From contig CM120642.1 in assembly GCA_051362555.1 (NCBI GenBank), positions 5,208,001-5,272,000 of the forward strand: DNA of 64,000 nt. Reading direction: 5' to 3'. The stretch is from Lingula anatina (Eukaryota; Animalia; Brachiopoda). A program made the translations under genes and the position numbers. This document shows positions 36,887 through 50,902 of this stretch, piece by piece (position 1 is the first letter of the stretch; each line of letters opens with the position of its first letter). The notes beneath the pieces are model-generated. The model was not told where the DNA came from. It worked only from the letters and a program-made list of their open reading frames with translations, and searched no databases.

Positions 36887-36958
36887 CATTTAGTACTATT
36901 TAGTACGGCACATTTAGTACTATTTAGTACGGCACATTTAGTACTATTTAGTACGACA
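36887..36958. repeat. 24-bp minisatellite x3
   Basis: CATTTAGTACTATTTAGTACGGCA repeated three times. Confidence 0.9.
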
Positions 36959-39900
36959 TACGACACAGTACGTTCCCAAAGGGCAGTGACTCCTCACAGG
37001 GACCGAGGAATTCAACACTCATTGCTGAGAGCAAACACCCAAAAGGCGCGAATCGTGAAAATGCCTCACGTAACAGCTTGTCGTCCGTTCCTTTCCTCGG
37101 ATTGAATCTCACCGTGATATCTGTGGCGGATGCAGAAGACTCTGCTTACCGTTGCAATCACGGTATCGTTTCTCCAGATTTTAATTAAATTACATTACGA
37201 AGAATGCGTTCACTGAAGCAGTTCGACCATAGTTTCTCTATTTAGCAGAAGTCCTTACGTTGTATCCGCCACTGCAGGAGATCTGCGATGCTAATATCCG
37301 TTTTACTTTGAGCTCTGAAATTAAATCGAACACTGTTATTTATAAATTGAAAACAGTATAAAACCGTCTCCTGAATTTAATTACTAGATCAGGACACGAC
37401 AATCTTAATTCAACGTGTCCCAGATTTACAACAATCTTTCACCTATGTGCAATACTACAGAATTCATGAATGATGCTTTATTTTCCCTGTGTGGTTGACT
37501 TAGAAACACATTCATTTCGATACAACGTGAACGCTAATCGTAATAGTTCTACAAAGACATTCAGTGTACATACACTTCACAGGTATCCTTACATACTTGG
37601 AAGCAAATTTACATATCACCAGATGTACATATGAAGGGGGTACTTCAGTTTCCACCCCTCCCCCGAACGTCTGTTGCTCCCACTGTGTGACCTTTTCATC
37701 TACCAGTGCCATTTGACTTCCGCACCCCCGTCTCATACCGTGATGACATGGCACTTACGCGTCTCCCCCTCAAACAGAATCAAGCTAGGGCATTTTGCCC
37801 ATTGTTACCTTGCATTATTGGATGCGTAGTCTCGATCAGTCTTTCCCTTGAACCTTTCATGTCTTAATCACGTCCTCGACACTTGCATTTCAATCCATAT
37901 ATAATGCTTCTATTTTTTTAGTTAATTTTCCTGAACAGATTTATATGAGCTAGGCATGCTTTAGAGCATATAGGCCTGTCATAATGGCACTTTGCATTTA
38001 GTTGCATTAACTATTATTATACCAGTATTTTACCGATCATTTCCTCTTCTGCATTTCAAGATAATTTAACGGACCCTTGAGAAATCGGGAGGCTTTTGTT
38101 ACAAAACCCTACGGCCATCTTAGGTCATTGGTAGTTTGTACGGTATCAAAATTATTTTTATAGACATGACGCTTTATATTACCAAGTACATGTAGGCCTT
38201 AGATATACAAAATATATTTTCCTTTTTTTTTTTGTTAATTTGAATCGATACTTCAAGATCACATTGACCTACAGTTCTGACAAAATGTCATTAATTGTTT
38301 TCAATATCAACAAATTTTGTGAACGTATTAAATTGTAATTTAAATTCAGAAGCGATTTTAAGTCCCATTAAAAAGCTTGGACGCTCTAGAACAATAAGAG
38401 TTGAGATAATTCATGGACATAAAAATTATACCATAGTGAAAAAGATCGTAGCAAAATACTTCGCAAAATGATGTCATTGAAATATCAATCTTATATTCAT
38501 AATCTTCTTCAAGTCAAATCCATTGATTGGTAAGATAACACACCCACATATTCTGAGCTATTCCGTTTTTTTTATTCATTCGGATTATGTAAATCAGTTT
38601 GTCAAGATCATCGAATTTCAATTTGAAATGCCAGCTATTACGTACACATGTAAGTGAATCTGTATAGTTAATTTTAAGCCTAATGAAGCTTCATTTATCT
38701 CCAAAAACGCGGGATGATGTTTCGGATCTGGAGGCGGTTTCTTGTACGTATGCAAAGGGTGGTGTCAAATTACCAATCTAACGAGAGTGAAAAGTATAAA
38801 AAAAAAAACTCGTCAAATCCTATCGATGGCAGGATCTGACGATCGTGCTTGTCTTTGAAACAAATGAGAGGTTCCGTTTTCTTGTGGCTTTTTTGCAATG
38901 TGGAGCATTTCCGTGAGCGTTGCTGCATGCAGGCTTTACACAGACAAAGAAATGGAATTTTAACATAGTATTCGGTATATTGGATTTAGACTTATTTTGT
39001 ATTATAAAAACAAATGAGTGTACAACATTTGATGTGTGAATGCTTCCATTTGACGCTGTGACAACAGTGTTATGTAACAGCTATGCATGAGACTACCAAA
39101 TACTAGGTCAATCTTTGCGCAAATACTGTTAGTCTATGATAGCCAACCTAGAAACGTAAAAACACTTTGATTGAGAGCTGTTTAAGCTGACTTTTTTTTT
39201 GTAAAATGGAAGAGAGACATTTTTTTCCAATAAATGGATTAAAGCAACTATATTAGCAAAGTTATTTGGCATTCTTATTTTCAAAGTCGTTTTAAATATG
39301 ACTAAGTGTGGTAGTTTGAAAAAACAAGAGCCGAAAGATATTCATGAGTATAGATGTAGAAATGTTAAACCACTTTGAAATAGATGCAAAAATAAAGAAC
39401 CCCCGGAGCCGAAATAAGAAGCGTATTCGAAGTTTATGTTTTATTTGAATAGTCTTCAATATTAAATCAACATTAAACGCACTTCAGTATAAATAAAACC
39501 CTTATGCTGGACCTACTAATTACCTGATATTTTGTTGGAATTCATCCTCTCTAACGCTTATATTCCAAATCTGTATCTGCTTGACCTACTAGCCTACAGT
39601 TTCCTGCAATAATATACTGGCAAAACCACCAGATGTCACCACCGTCCAAGTGCATACCCGTTCGGTCGATGTACAATAGATGGCGAAACTGTTTCCTATA
39701 CTGCAGCAGTACTTGTTACTCTCGGGGACTATCTCATAAGTTCACACATTTAAGTATCTCCAAACAGCATTTCTCTAGGGTACCATCTCAAAAGTTCACA
39801 AATTGAAGTGCTTTAGAACAATGTTTCTCTTAGGAATCCGCTCAGAAATTCACAAATTATAAAGTACAGTGCAACACCAGTCGACCACTCCCTATTTTAA

Positions 39901-42900
39901 AATACCAGGCTCCTATTCAAACCTGACATTTGTGAAGAGTTTCAGCTTCACTGCAAATAAAAGTATATATATATATCAATTAGATTCAAAGTTTAACAAT
40001 ATATATATATATATATATAAACTGGTGTCTCGGAACTGTTGCGGGAGTGCGAACAACGCGGATGTCATTATTTTAACTTTTACTTGAAATATGTAGGTTT
40101 ATCGTATGTCAATGTGCAGTTTCTACGTAGTAATAGAACGTAAGTTAGCGCATGTGGTTAAAATATTATCAAAGGAGCTACTGGTGCGGGTGCAAAGCTA
40201 TTGGGTGTTTTTAATTTAACATCTCGACCAAGAATTTTAGAACAGAAAGTAAGAGTTACTTATCCAAATTATACGGGCTCATTATCACTCGGAAGTTGTT
40301 ATAAGATACTCCGAAATTCAGGGTATACATGTACATCAAACAAAAAGTGTCTGCGTTTCTCCATAACTTATTCAAAGCACAGACTGTAGCAGCTGCTCTC
40401 AAGATGAACCTCTTGCGCTTGCTCGAGCATTCCGCTTCATATACAGGCCTTAATGGGTGTGTGATACAAATTGCGTAGATATGCTATCTAGGACGCTTAA
40501 TTCTTTAACATGTGCATGCCACAGTGAAAACGCATTCCATGTTATAAAAACGTTAAAAGATAAAAAGCAATTTGCTTCGCTTTTCTTGCTTCGCTTCTTT
40601 TTCATCATTTCGAGTATTATTTAAATAATATATGATGTATATAAAATGATATTTATATGGCTAAATCTAAGTTTTATTTTCAAAAAGTGGTCCGTAAGTT
40701 TTCATCTGATCGTGTATGGCGTGTATCATCATTACGTATCCTAAACGTCTGCACTATGTCAAGGGCGCTTTTGATAAAATGTCGCTTAGAGCTTATAAAT
40801 ACGGGATTGTTTTACCACAGCGTATATAATTTCATTATTTTCCTTGTTTGTTCGCCGCCGTGTGAACGAAAATGGAGTAGATACAGTGCATCTAAGACGG
40901 GATTGGTGCGGGTCCGAATCAATACGCAAGTGAACACATTGCTGAATAGAGAAGCAGAATATGTTTGCAAATGGTTTTTATGACAAAACAGCATCTGGTC
41001 ATTGAAAACTCATTATTATTTTATATACAGCTGTTATAATGTTCACATTGCAGGACCAATCTTGCAATATTAATTAGTTTTCAAACATTGTAGATAGACA
41101 TTAAGGAAATTTGTTTGCTGTGGCGGTATATAGGAGTTTGATTACACCTCTACTTAGAGTTATTTGTAGTATGCAAAAATAGTTACTTACCCTATACGTT
41201 TTGCATTAAGACTATGAAACATTGGAATGTATTTGTGTATGTAGGCAAGCGAAATGTTGTCACAACAGACTGATTGTGAAAACAACGAGCATTACATGTA
41301 CAGTTAGAGACGATGCGCAGCTGTATTAGCTTATCTTCTAAACTCAGGGCATGCACGTTAACTGATGTCAGATTTGTGAGGAGAAAACATGAAAATAAAA
41401 ACGCAAATTACGCATTTGGTTATAACTCTTTGATGTTTTGAGTTTAAAAAAAGACACGGGAAATGAATACCCAACTGTTGAGTAGAAATGCTCCAATTGC
41501 TGCAATTGGTAGAAAGTGATGCAAGTGAACATCCAGTCGTTATGATGATTACATTTATGTTTCCAGATGTTATATCTACATCGGAGAGGAAAATTCGTGT
41601 TTTAATAAATATTTAAATCACTATGTGTATGGTTCTGTTCACCTGAGAGAGGGATCTTGAGAGAAAGAGAGGGAGGTTTCGATTAAGAGACACTGTCTAG
41701 TGTGCATAAACATTAATGAGCCAATTGCATCCGTTTTGGTAATACATTCTTGGGTAAAGGTAAAGTGCGGACTCTAGAAACTAAAATCAAAAGCCTCTTG
41801 GAACTTCTGTATGTCTTTCATTTTCTTCGAATGCGAATAATGAGACACATGTACAGTGGTTGAAGTTTCATATGTGTATCATGAAACATAAAGGATTTTT
41901 AAAAAGCATGCAGTGGTGACAGTGGCAGAAAATCCTCACTCAATAGTTCATTTGGTCATTTCGAAAAACGCTCTACGGTATTTCCACCCAACATTACATT
42001 GTTTATAATCAGTGGTTTTGAATGAATATCCAAAAGTACCCTGGTATCTCACTTACTTCAATTTGAACGAATGTTAACTACATGTATAGCTGAAAAATAG
42101 GGAACAGCGTCTATGCCCTTCTATGCATGTACGTCAGCGTTAACTTTCTTTTTACCTTTTTCAACGGTGTATATTAATAAAGCCGTAAACTTTATGTGAA
42201 TAGGTAGGTGAACATAGGTTTATACCAGTAAAAATCACATCACAGAAGCCGATAGCTTTAAAGGCGCCTCTCTTTTGCACCACGTGTTTCCCAGAAAGCA
42301 CATTAATCAATTTTCTCACACATAAGAAACCATACAAACATCCAAGCATTATAACCTAATAGTTACACACTACTACAGATCAGGTACCCCTTTTCCTACC
42401 AAAGAGAGGGGGGGGGTCGAGGGGGAGGGGGATAAGACAAGTCCTCTGGACCCAGTAGTATAAGTTAGATAAAGTCACGGAATTTTCAGACGAGGCAAAT
42501 ATCTCGTGTGCCCAAAAGATACCACATCGTTCAGTATGCCTTAACCTTTCCTTGTGCATTTTGACCGAGTTGGCCAGTAATTGTACTTTAAAAAAATTGA
42601 AAAAAATCTGGTATTGGATGGATTGTGATTCTAAAGCTTCATTTCATAATAACTTGCTCTCTGTAACCGATGCCCAGTTGAGATATGATTAGGATACGAG
42701 ATCAACATCTGAAGGGGACCTCAGGGAAATCAAACTTCGACAATCATTAGAAAAGCTAGAGGTACCCAGATGAGGTTTTAATGACAAGTTAATGCTTTTC
42801 TTAAAATACACCATGTTAAGTGCAATGGGGGCCACACGTGTGGTCAGTAGAAGTCATGTGTTTATGGTGTTAAATGAAGCCGAAGATGGCCTTAAGAGCC

Positions 42901-43523
42901 GTTCTGAGACTATGCATTAGTATAGCTTGGCAAGCATATACCCCCGGTACACTCTGATGAACATGCTCAGGGGTTACAAGGTTACAGAAACAACGTTTTA
43001 ATTATCTTGTCGGGGGATCAAAAGATTGCCAGTGTCAGTGCTTGACTTTGATTATTCTCTCAGAGATCGGACAATTTTAAGTTGCTGCAAACAATGATAA
43101 AAGTGACTTTGATCAATTTGGTCAGTATGGCAGGTTACGGGAACGTAATTAAGATATTCTGATTGATGAAATATCATTTTCCGGTCAAAGCATCAGACAT
43201 GTGCACACTTTTGATGACTCGGCCAATACTATATGTGAATGTGTTGTTAAAAAAATTCTCGTTCTTGCCCATTTGTCCCAAAGGCAATGTAATAGTCCAC
43301 TTAAATACAGTAATTATTGACCTGTTTCTCCTGTTAAAAAAGGACCCACACGGTAAATAATCAGTATCTTATACATGTATAATTCGACTACTACACATTC
43401 ATCTTTTGTAAGAGTACGTGTTTTTTTTTTATCAATTTCGTTGTAAAGGTTTAGACCAGTTTTGGGCTATAACTCCTTTTTGACACAGGCCAGTTCTTTC
43501 AATAAACTGTGACAAACTTTGCA

Positions 43524-43525
43524 AA

Positions 43526-43568
<43 letters not shown>
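43524..43568. repeat. (AAAT)n microsatellite
   Basis: Direct tetranucleotide run. Confidence 0.9.
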
Positions 43569-44339
43569 AGGACGTCATCTAGCTATGAGGCTCATGTTGA
43601 CATTGGATGGACCTATCTGCGAAAGTCTCGCTGCAGCAGTGGACGTAGTTTTCTACAATCACTCTGCTTACCAGTAATAAACAAAAATAATTCTTCAGGG
43701 AAAATCGCAGCAGTGTTATGTTAAATTCAACGCATTTGCATCGCTTACTACTAAAAAAACGCCCACTGTAGGCTCTATGTCTCATATTATTTCAGTTAAA
43801 ATACTCAATGCCTCCGTTTTGACGATAACAATAGCTTCAGTGCACATAACATTTATCGATGCACGAAAAAATACCCTTAGTCTCAATAACAAAACGATCT
43901 ACACGCAAAGAAGACACTCAAGTAGAATAATGCATCTTGCGAACAGAGGTGTTTCTTGGAATGCCTACTGACACAGAATTCACGCCTCAAGCCAACATTA
44001 CTAATACTGATCATGACTTCGACATACACTTAGATGAAGAATACTGATTCGTGTAGGGATACTCCGAATGTGATATCAAGTAGAAATCTATAATTAGGAA
44101 AGTCAAAATTACGCTATATAGGTGCCTACATGTTTTAAATATCTGCTGCCTCTTTCTTTTTGATCGGAGAACCACATTTTTGGTGCGCACATACTGCACT
44201 TCAATAACAAATACCTTTCAGTTATTTATTCCAGACGCCGATTCAAACAAAAGGCTCTGACCCATTCACATAGGGGAAGACTAATACAAACTTTCTCTAA
44301 ATAAGGATCGCCAGAACTCCATTTTGCTGCCCATTGTCC

Positions 44340-45465
44340 TTTATACGCCCATAGTCTCGCCCAGATTAACAAATGCGCCTCCTGAACACTGTAAATTGCA
44401 GTCGAGAATTCAAGAGAGAACAGTCACATTTTCCGTCTTACTTTAGTTTTCAAAGTATTAACACAATTATATGTACCAGTACATGTCATATCTTATACTT
44501 ACCGTGATGTCAAAACTCTATATTTAGGTGATGTCAGATCCCACAGAACATTCAGCGGATGTAAAAACACAACGAGGGAGACTGCCACAGCAAAAATCCA
44601 CCTCAATGCTATTAGGTTCTACAGCTGACAATTCATTTCCGTTCGTCTTCGATCTGTGAGTAACAGTGCAATACTCTTGGAAACAATCATATCATCACTC
44701 CTGCAATAAGACATACACCTTCTGGTAACAGGGGCCAGACATTATATAACGTCTTCATTGTCTGGGTGGATATCTCGAAGGCGAACGGGCTTGTAGATGG
44801 CAGACGGGCATTGATGGTTTCTATACAGGAGTTCGGTGTTATTTGGCAACATGTGTTTGGCGATGAACACAGTAGCACGGGTAATACCGCCGAGACCCTA
44901 GCCCGTTCATACGTGTCTGAGGTGCCCAGATGCAATTATTGAATACAATTAAACTACCCTGCCACTGCTTCACAGAGGGTTCCAAAATTATTGTTGAAGC
45001 AAGTATACAGCGACGCTTCTCCGCATTTGATGGATAATGACGTTTCTAATGCTACCCATATGTTTATGAGTAACTCAGAATGAATGATAAGACACAACTT
45101 TACTATTCTGCAGATGGTTTACAGAGAGTTTCGAAATATTACCATCAGGATAGGGGTTTGCAAAAGATACTCTATATCTATAGTGTCGGCGCTTCACAAA
45201 TATCGGCTAGTTCAATTACTGACCATGGCTCGCCCATTCCGCTGTTGGCACGACATCTTTCCATCTCATTGCTACTGGGCACACGGTCATTACAAACCGT
45301 TATACCATATGCGTCAGAGCTCCTAAATCTTTCGGTTTACCTCAGTTTTTTTGGCGATGATGATATACGTCGTCTCGAATATTGTATCATCTGTATCTAA
45401 CCCTCTTAGTTGCAAGTCATAAGCGTGGCTTCAGTAAAATACGTGCAGGTTCCGTATAAATGCTA
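44340..45465 (-). pseudogene. Probable decayed copy of a Cys-rich GPCR-type ectodomain gene
   Basis: Minus-strand fragments in shifting frames, in family-like order: WSVIELADICEAPTL*, YRVSFANPY, SF*VT, CPSAIYKPVR, CMSY..KSI/HCY, PLNVLWDL then a GTAAG donor (~44502), acceptor ~44389 then CSGGAFVN. Many stops and frameshifts. Confidence 0.35.
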
Positions 45466-47052
45466 CAGAGAAGATTTTCTGGACTTTGTCTTTATTAAGT
45501 AGAATAGTCCAAAATGTCTTGTATCAGCTGTAATTTACAGGCAATATTGAGCGAGCACAATATAACTAGTGTTTCTCCTTCTAATAACAGCATTGTGTGT
45601 CTTCTCCATCCAAAATTACCACAAACATTTACTTCATCACTCATACCAGTACAAACAACACAGGGTATTTGGTTCAAGACCGATTTTATTACATAATCCC
45701 ACCAATGAATTTTCTTGAAAATTAATTTGATATAACAGCAAATTGTTGCAAGTATTATGTATTATGTCTTTAGGAATTTAAATAGAAGAGAAATAGCCAG
45801 CACAAGTCATTATCATTTACAAACCATTCTGCGACTATTTCGTTTGGAGGGTTGTAAAGAGACCGTTATTGGAGATGGGGATAGCCATAAAATGTCGTTT
45901 GACTACGCCAAATGTTCCTTACTGTTTCTGTGTTACTCTGTTTTGTTAGTGATCTTACAGAATATTGCTTCCATCTGGGGTCTTGTATCTCTCTCTCTCT
46001 TGCCCTTTCACTAAACCAATTGTAGATGGGTTCAATATACCTAAAATATTGGTTAAATTCACAAATGACTTGAATGAAATAATTTACTTATTGTAAACAA
46101 AAAGCGAAAAAATACGGCATTGTAATCAAATATATAAGCCGTAACTAAACAACAGTGAAAATATCCAAAATAATTTACTAATTACAAAAGGGATAGAAAT
46201 ATACAGTACATAATTCCAGACAAACAAATAAAAACCAAGTATTTATAACTGAATAAGAAACATTAGTAATTACTATAATTAAAAAGGTAGATACGCAAAA
46301 CATACACTGTAAATATAGTGCGATGAGATAAAAAATGAAATAATAAATAATACAAAGGATACAAACAATAAAAGCATATGCCATATGTTTTCATTGGAAT
46401 ACGTTTTTAAGCGTGTTCCATATTATGTCTTATTTGTATTTTTTCTTTCTTTCATATAAATGTACTTTCAGTTCAAAATTGTAGTAAATATGTGCACTTA
46501 ACTGATATTTTCAATGATACTTTAAAATAACCATGCATGGCGGCAGATTTATCATGCTATTCTGATTTTCTGTAATTAAAACTCTGGCAGTGACATACCA
46601 CAGCCAGGAGATTGGGTCCCTAATGTGACTTACACTTGACAATTAGGCGAATTGTGTAGATGTGGGATTGCTACCAATCAACACCTTCTACTACACATTT
46701 TGGATATCGTCTTTTTTTATAAATTCATTCTCATCATTGAAATCCTTTGTTAGGTGTATTTTTGTACTAGAAATGTTCAACTTTGATATAATTTTGTGTT
46801 GTTCAGCTTTTATATGCTTAAGAAACATATTGCGTTATTATATACAGTACATGTATGGCAACATTCTACAGTGTCAATTGAACAAGATAACGAACTGACA
46901 TAAAAATAAGAAAGGTTTAAGATATTATCGATTGTGTCAGATATAACTATGAAATATTCTTCTGTTTGGACTATTCAAATTTGTTAAAAATGGAAATACC
47001 AAAATTATGATTATGGTACGATTTTCCTTGAAAAATCATAAACTTTGTCTAT

Positions 47053-47267
47053 GACCCCATTCCCACAGATTTGAGATCGATCTATCCCCGTGGGGAGTCT
47101 CATTAGATTACTGTCAGCTTAGCCGGCTTAAATGTCTGCCCCTCCTACTAAAAGCTGTAAGGGGGTAATTAACTTCCGTGCGCGGTCGGCTGACAGCAAT
47201 TTAGCGTGAACCCCCAGGGTGTTAGGTCGATTTAGTTGGATCGATCTAAATCTCTGGGAATGCGCTC
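47053..47267. mobile_element. 215-bp palindromic MITE
   Basis: CATTCCCACAGATTTGAGATCGATC (from 47058) vs GATCGATCTAAATCTCTGGGAATG (47239-47262); inner IR CTGTCAGC/GCTGACAG; flanks TAT/TAA. Confidence 0.75.
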
Positions 47268-47671
47268 TAAGTGATTGAGTTTTAACTGTTAAAACAGCAA
47301 AATAACACGACCATTGTCTTAAAGTAGCGCATTTATTTGTGCGAAAATAACTCACAAAGCCATATTTAATTTACACGTTAACAACTTAAAACAACTTACT
47401 TTTAACATGTCTATGCACACCTATTCAAAGTACCGAACATGTACACAGTTCACAGGGTATTTCTGACTCAGGTTGGTAAACTGAACTGAAAGCTAAAGGC
47501 ACCATTCAGCGTAAGACCCAGATCTTGCTCAAAAATATTGTTGAATAGGGATACTTCAGCGTTTTTAAGAGGCTAATGTGAGAACATGACGTTAAATGCA
47601 CGGATTCAGTAGAGTTATGGCCTAATTTGCCTTTTAGTAAATGATTTTCGACTGCGATTTACATGCACCAT

Positions 47672-49435
47672 CTACGATAAAAGAGATTCAAAATATTTAG
47701 CAAAGACCCGTTTGTAATACTCCATTTTAAATAGTACTTTAAAATGGGTAGTGTATATTTCCATATATTTACAATGTAATCTGTTAAGTGTGAACGCTGG
47801 TGACCATTTTGACGGTGCCACACGGAGAGAGGTGTCGTTTTTATTATATTGGCAATACTGTCCAACTTGAAACAGAAGGTTCTTAAAATAACTGAGCTCG
47901 TCATAGAAATCGCCATCTTGGTCATTCATAATGTTTTCAAATTTAGATTTAAAATGATTGTATAGCATGTAATCTGCACTGTTTGCTTCTTGGAATAGTT
48001 GAGTTACAAGTGGGTCATTGTCTTGTAGAAGAGAGCTGTAGGTATCAGACGTTTGTGGTCGTAATTTAAGGTATATGATGTCAGATATGTCCCAGCACAG
48101 CATTCTTCGAGTCAAAATTAGTCCTTGGTCGAAGTATTCAAGTGGGATTAAAAGGTGGAATTCTGCGTCCAATTTACGAATATAATCACTGACATAGTTA
48201 CTGTCTGACAAAAGAGTCTTGTTGCTTGGAAACCCAAGGTATTTTAACATATAGTTGCTCATAAGGTCTCTGGATTTCGAATACATTGGTTTGGTAAAGT
48301 AATCTCTCAGTGAACTGTCCCCATTTTGCTGTAACACATTACCCATGTGAAAGAAATTAAAATGAGATTTAAATCTTTCAAAGGGTTCTCTGACCGTTGT
48401 GACGAAAAATGTTTCTTCGGTGGTAAATTGACGGAGAATCTCTGGTTTGTATCTGCCGTGTGTTGCCCACACTTCGTTTGCTTTCAGAGGCAGACGATCA
48501 TGTTGGTCTCGCAGAATCCCGCTTTTCGAGTCACTAGACGAGATAGCTACTCTTAGGCGATTTCTGTAGGCATATCTGAGGACTACAGCAGATAATGTTG
48601 TAGAGCCAGTTTTGTGAATTTTTATACTGACTATCTTTGTTTTTGGTTTGCACTGTTTTTTGTCGTCGGATTGAGTTCCATTGTTGAATTTTAAAGACAG
48701 CAGCGGTATCAAAGAGGACAAATCTGAATCACTTTCAAGGATCCTAGAAATAAAATTAAAACATGGATTTAGGCTAGTGCTTCAGTTAGTATGGAAGGGC
48801 GAGAGCTCAATGCAAAACTACGCTTTACTACTCTCAAAGATCGACACCATGTTAAAATGTAAAGATTTTCTATTCAAATGCAATTTGAATTTTTTTCATA
48901 AATTAATTTCATCATACAGTGCAGTTTGTTATTTCTTCATTCGATTTTTTGACTTAAGAGATTTGAGCAGGGCTTGTTTTATGTAATACTGCCTAAACGT
49001 ATACACACGCACTTCCCAAAAAATAAGAAAAATAAATACCACAAAGACTACGTCAATTCCTAACCGCTTTGGCGGCTGTATGCAGCTGTACGTAATGCCG
49101 CAATTAGCATTAATATTTTATTCTTTTTTTTCTAAATTGTAAATGTGTTGTTTGATCATTTTACCCTTGTTAATTATTGAAACTAGCAACAGGTTGGTAA
49201 TGAACTACGCACATATTACTGAAACTGACGTTGTTGTTTTCCTATTGATTGACTTTTGTTTAGAAATTAATACGTAGGTGCACGAGAACAAAATTTAAAC
49301 TATGATTAAGATTACACAGAAAATTGGAAGATTCAAGAAGTGTTATTTGGTAGTAAAATGTTAAGATTCCACAAGGCATGATGAGTCATCTTTATAATTT
49401 GAATATTTGCAGTCAAGTGATAAAAACAACATACA

Positions 49436-49475
<40 letters not shown>

Positions 49476-49852
49476 TTCACAATTACACACAAAGAGCTTT
49501 AAAATCTCTCTCTCTCTCTCTATCACTCTAAGTGTGTGTGTGTGTGTGTCATGCATATATGCAGGCCGCTGTGTGTATAGTTCACATTGTGCATCTTACT
49601 TGTGATATAGTCCAAGGTCAAGATCAAGGTATCAAGTACAATATAAAATGAAACCCACCTTGACATAACCTGAAATTCGTCCAAGTTCGCCTGAGAAATC
49701 CTATCGTCTGAAAGCACCGCATTGTGGATGACAGTGCATCCCGTCACTTCGCCGTCCCACTCATAGAAACATATAAAACCAATCAAAATAATTCCAATAA
49801 ATATAAAAATCAAATCTCTATGTCGCAGAGAAAAAGCCTGAGTTGCCTCCAT
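47672..49852 (-). CDS. GAL3ST: Galactose-3-O-sulfotransferase family protein (~421 aa)
   Basis: Exon 1 49659-49852 (MEATQAF..., type II TM LIFIFIGIILIGFICFY), phase-2 intron, exon 2 47672-48743; PAPS motifs KIHKTGSTT and TTVREPFERFKSHF; family motifs EYFDQGLILTRRMLCWDISDIIY and NSADYMLYNHF. Confidence 0.88.
49440..49548. repeat. (CA)n, (CT)n and (GT)n microsatellites in the sulfotransferase intron
   Basis: Direct dinucleotide runs. Confidence 0.85.
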
Positions 49853-50902
49853 AACGACTGTGTCATTTTCTAGCGGTGCATTATGATAATATCTCAACAA
49901 CGCTTAGATGCATGAATATATCATAACCCACACTGGAATATTTGCGGATTAGTCTCTCTGGTTAATCCAAATCGCATGTAACAAAATAAACACTAGGTGG
50001 CTAGATGATCTTTGTCAGAATTTATACTACATGTTAATGCGAAGGGGGAACGTTTACACAAGCAAAATTTAATTGGTATGAATATGATTTTAGTATAAAG
50101 GAAGAAGACAATAGCCAAAGAGCACGGTAAACTAGACGTGGCAATATTGCGGATATTGCGAGTAACACATTTCAAATTTGCTAATTCGCCAAAATCTGCA
50201 ATGCAAAAATCAGCATTCTGTACCAAATTGTAATCTTTAAATACTACTTTTGCATTCAGATCACTCCTTATATTTTTTTTAATGAATAGATATGTATAGG
50301 CCTATATAATTAAGTAGATACACCTTAAGATGCCGTATTTATATATATAAGAGTAGGTCCATCGTACCCGTATTCTTCCTAACCTTCTTTAATGTTCTAT
50401 GCACTTTGTCATAAACTAGATTCACTCTGCAATTTTAATAATCTCAGCAAAAATTGCTGATGGACAATATGGCGGACAGTCAGAATATCCAAGAATACGT
50501 TTATCAAATATTCTTCATCACGTAGGATATTTCCCAATATAGGTGGCAAGACGGTGTTGACGAGTTTATAGATACTTCTCAGCATTTTTATTATTCCGTT
50601 GTTTCTGAGCCTTTATCTGAACACACTAGTACAGTTAAAATAACTATAATACTACAATACGAGATGTCAACCTACTTTACTATGGAGATGTGTGAGAATG
50701 TACACATGACCCTGTGCAACGACCTTTCCTAATAGCTCAACTCTGTGTTCGTCACATTGCTGTTCCTGTATAACTTCAAATACACTGATTAATTCATAAG
50801 CAGAATCATTACGCTGAGCGCCAGCTGCTTTGGAGGCGTGCGCGCGCATCCACGTAGACACGTTGCCAACAAGACCACTGTCACAGAAGTCTCTCAAAGA
50901 AG

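Noticed and set aside
37200-44200. Short ORFs of 60-108 aa
   Set aside because: AT-rich, no domain motifs or consistent splice chain; treated as intergenic.
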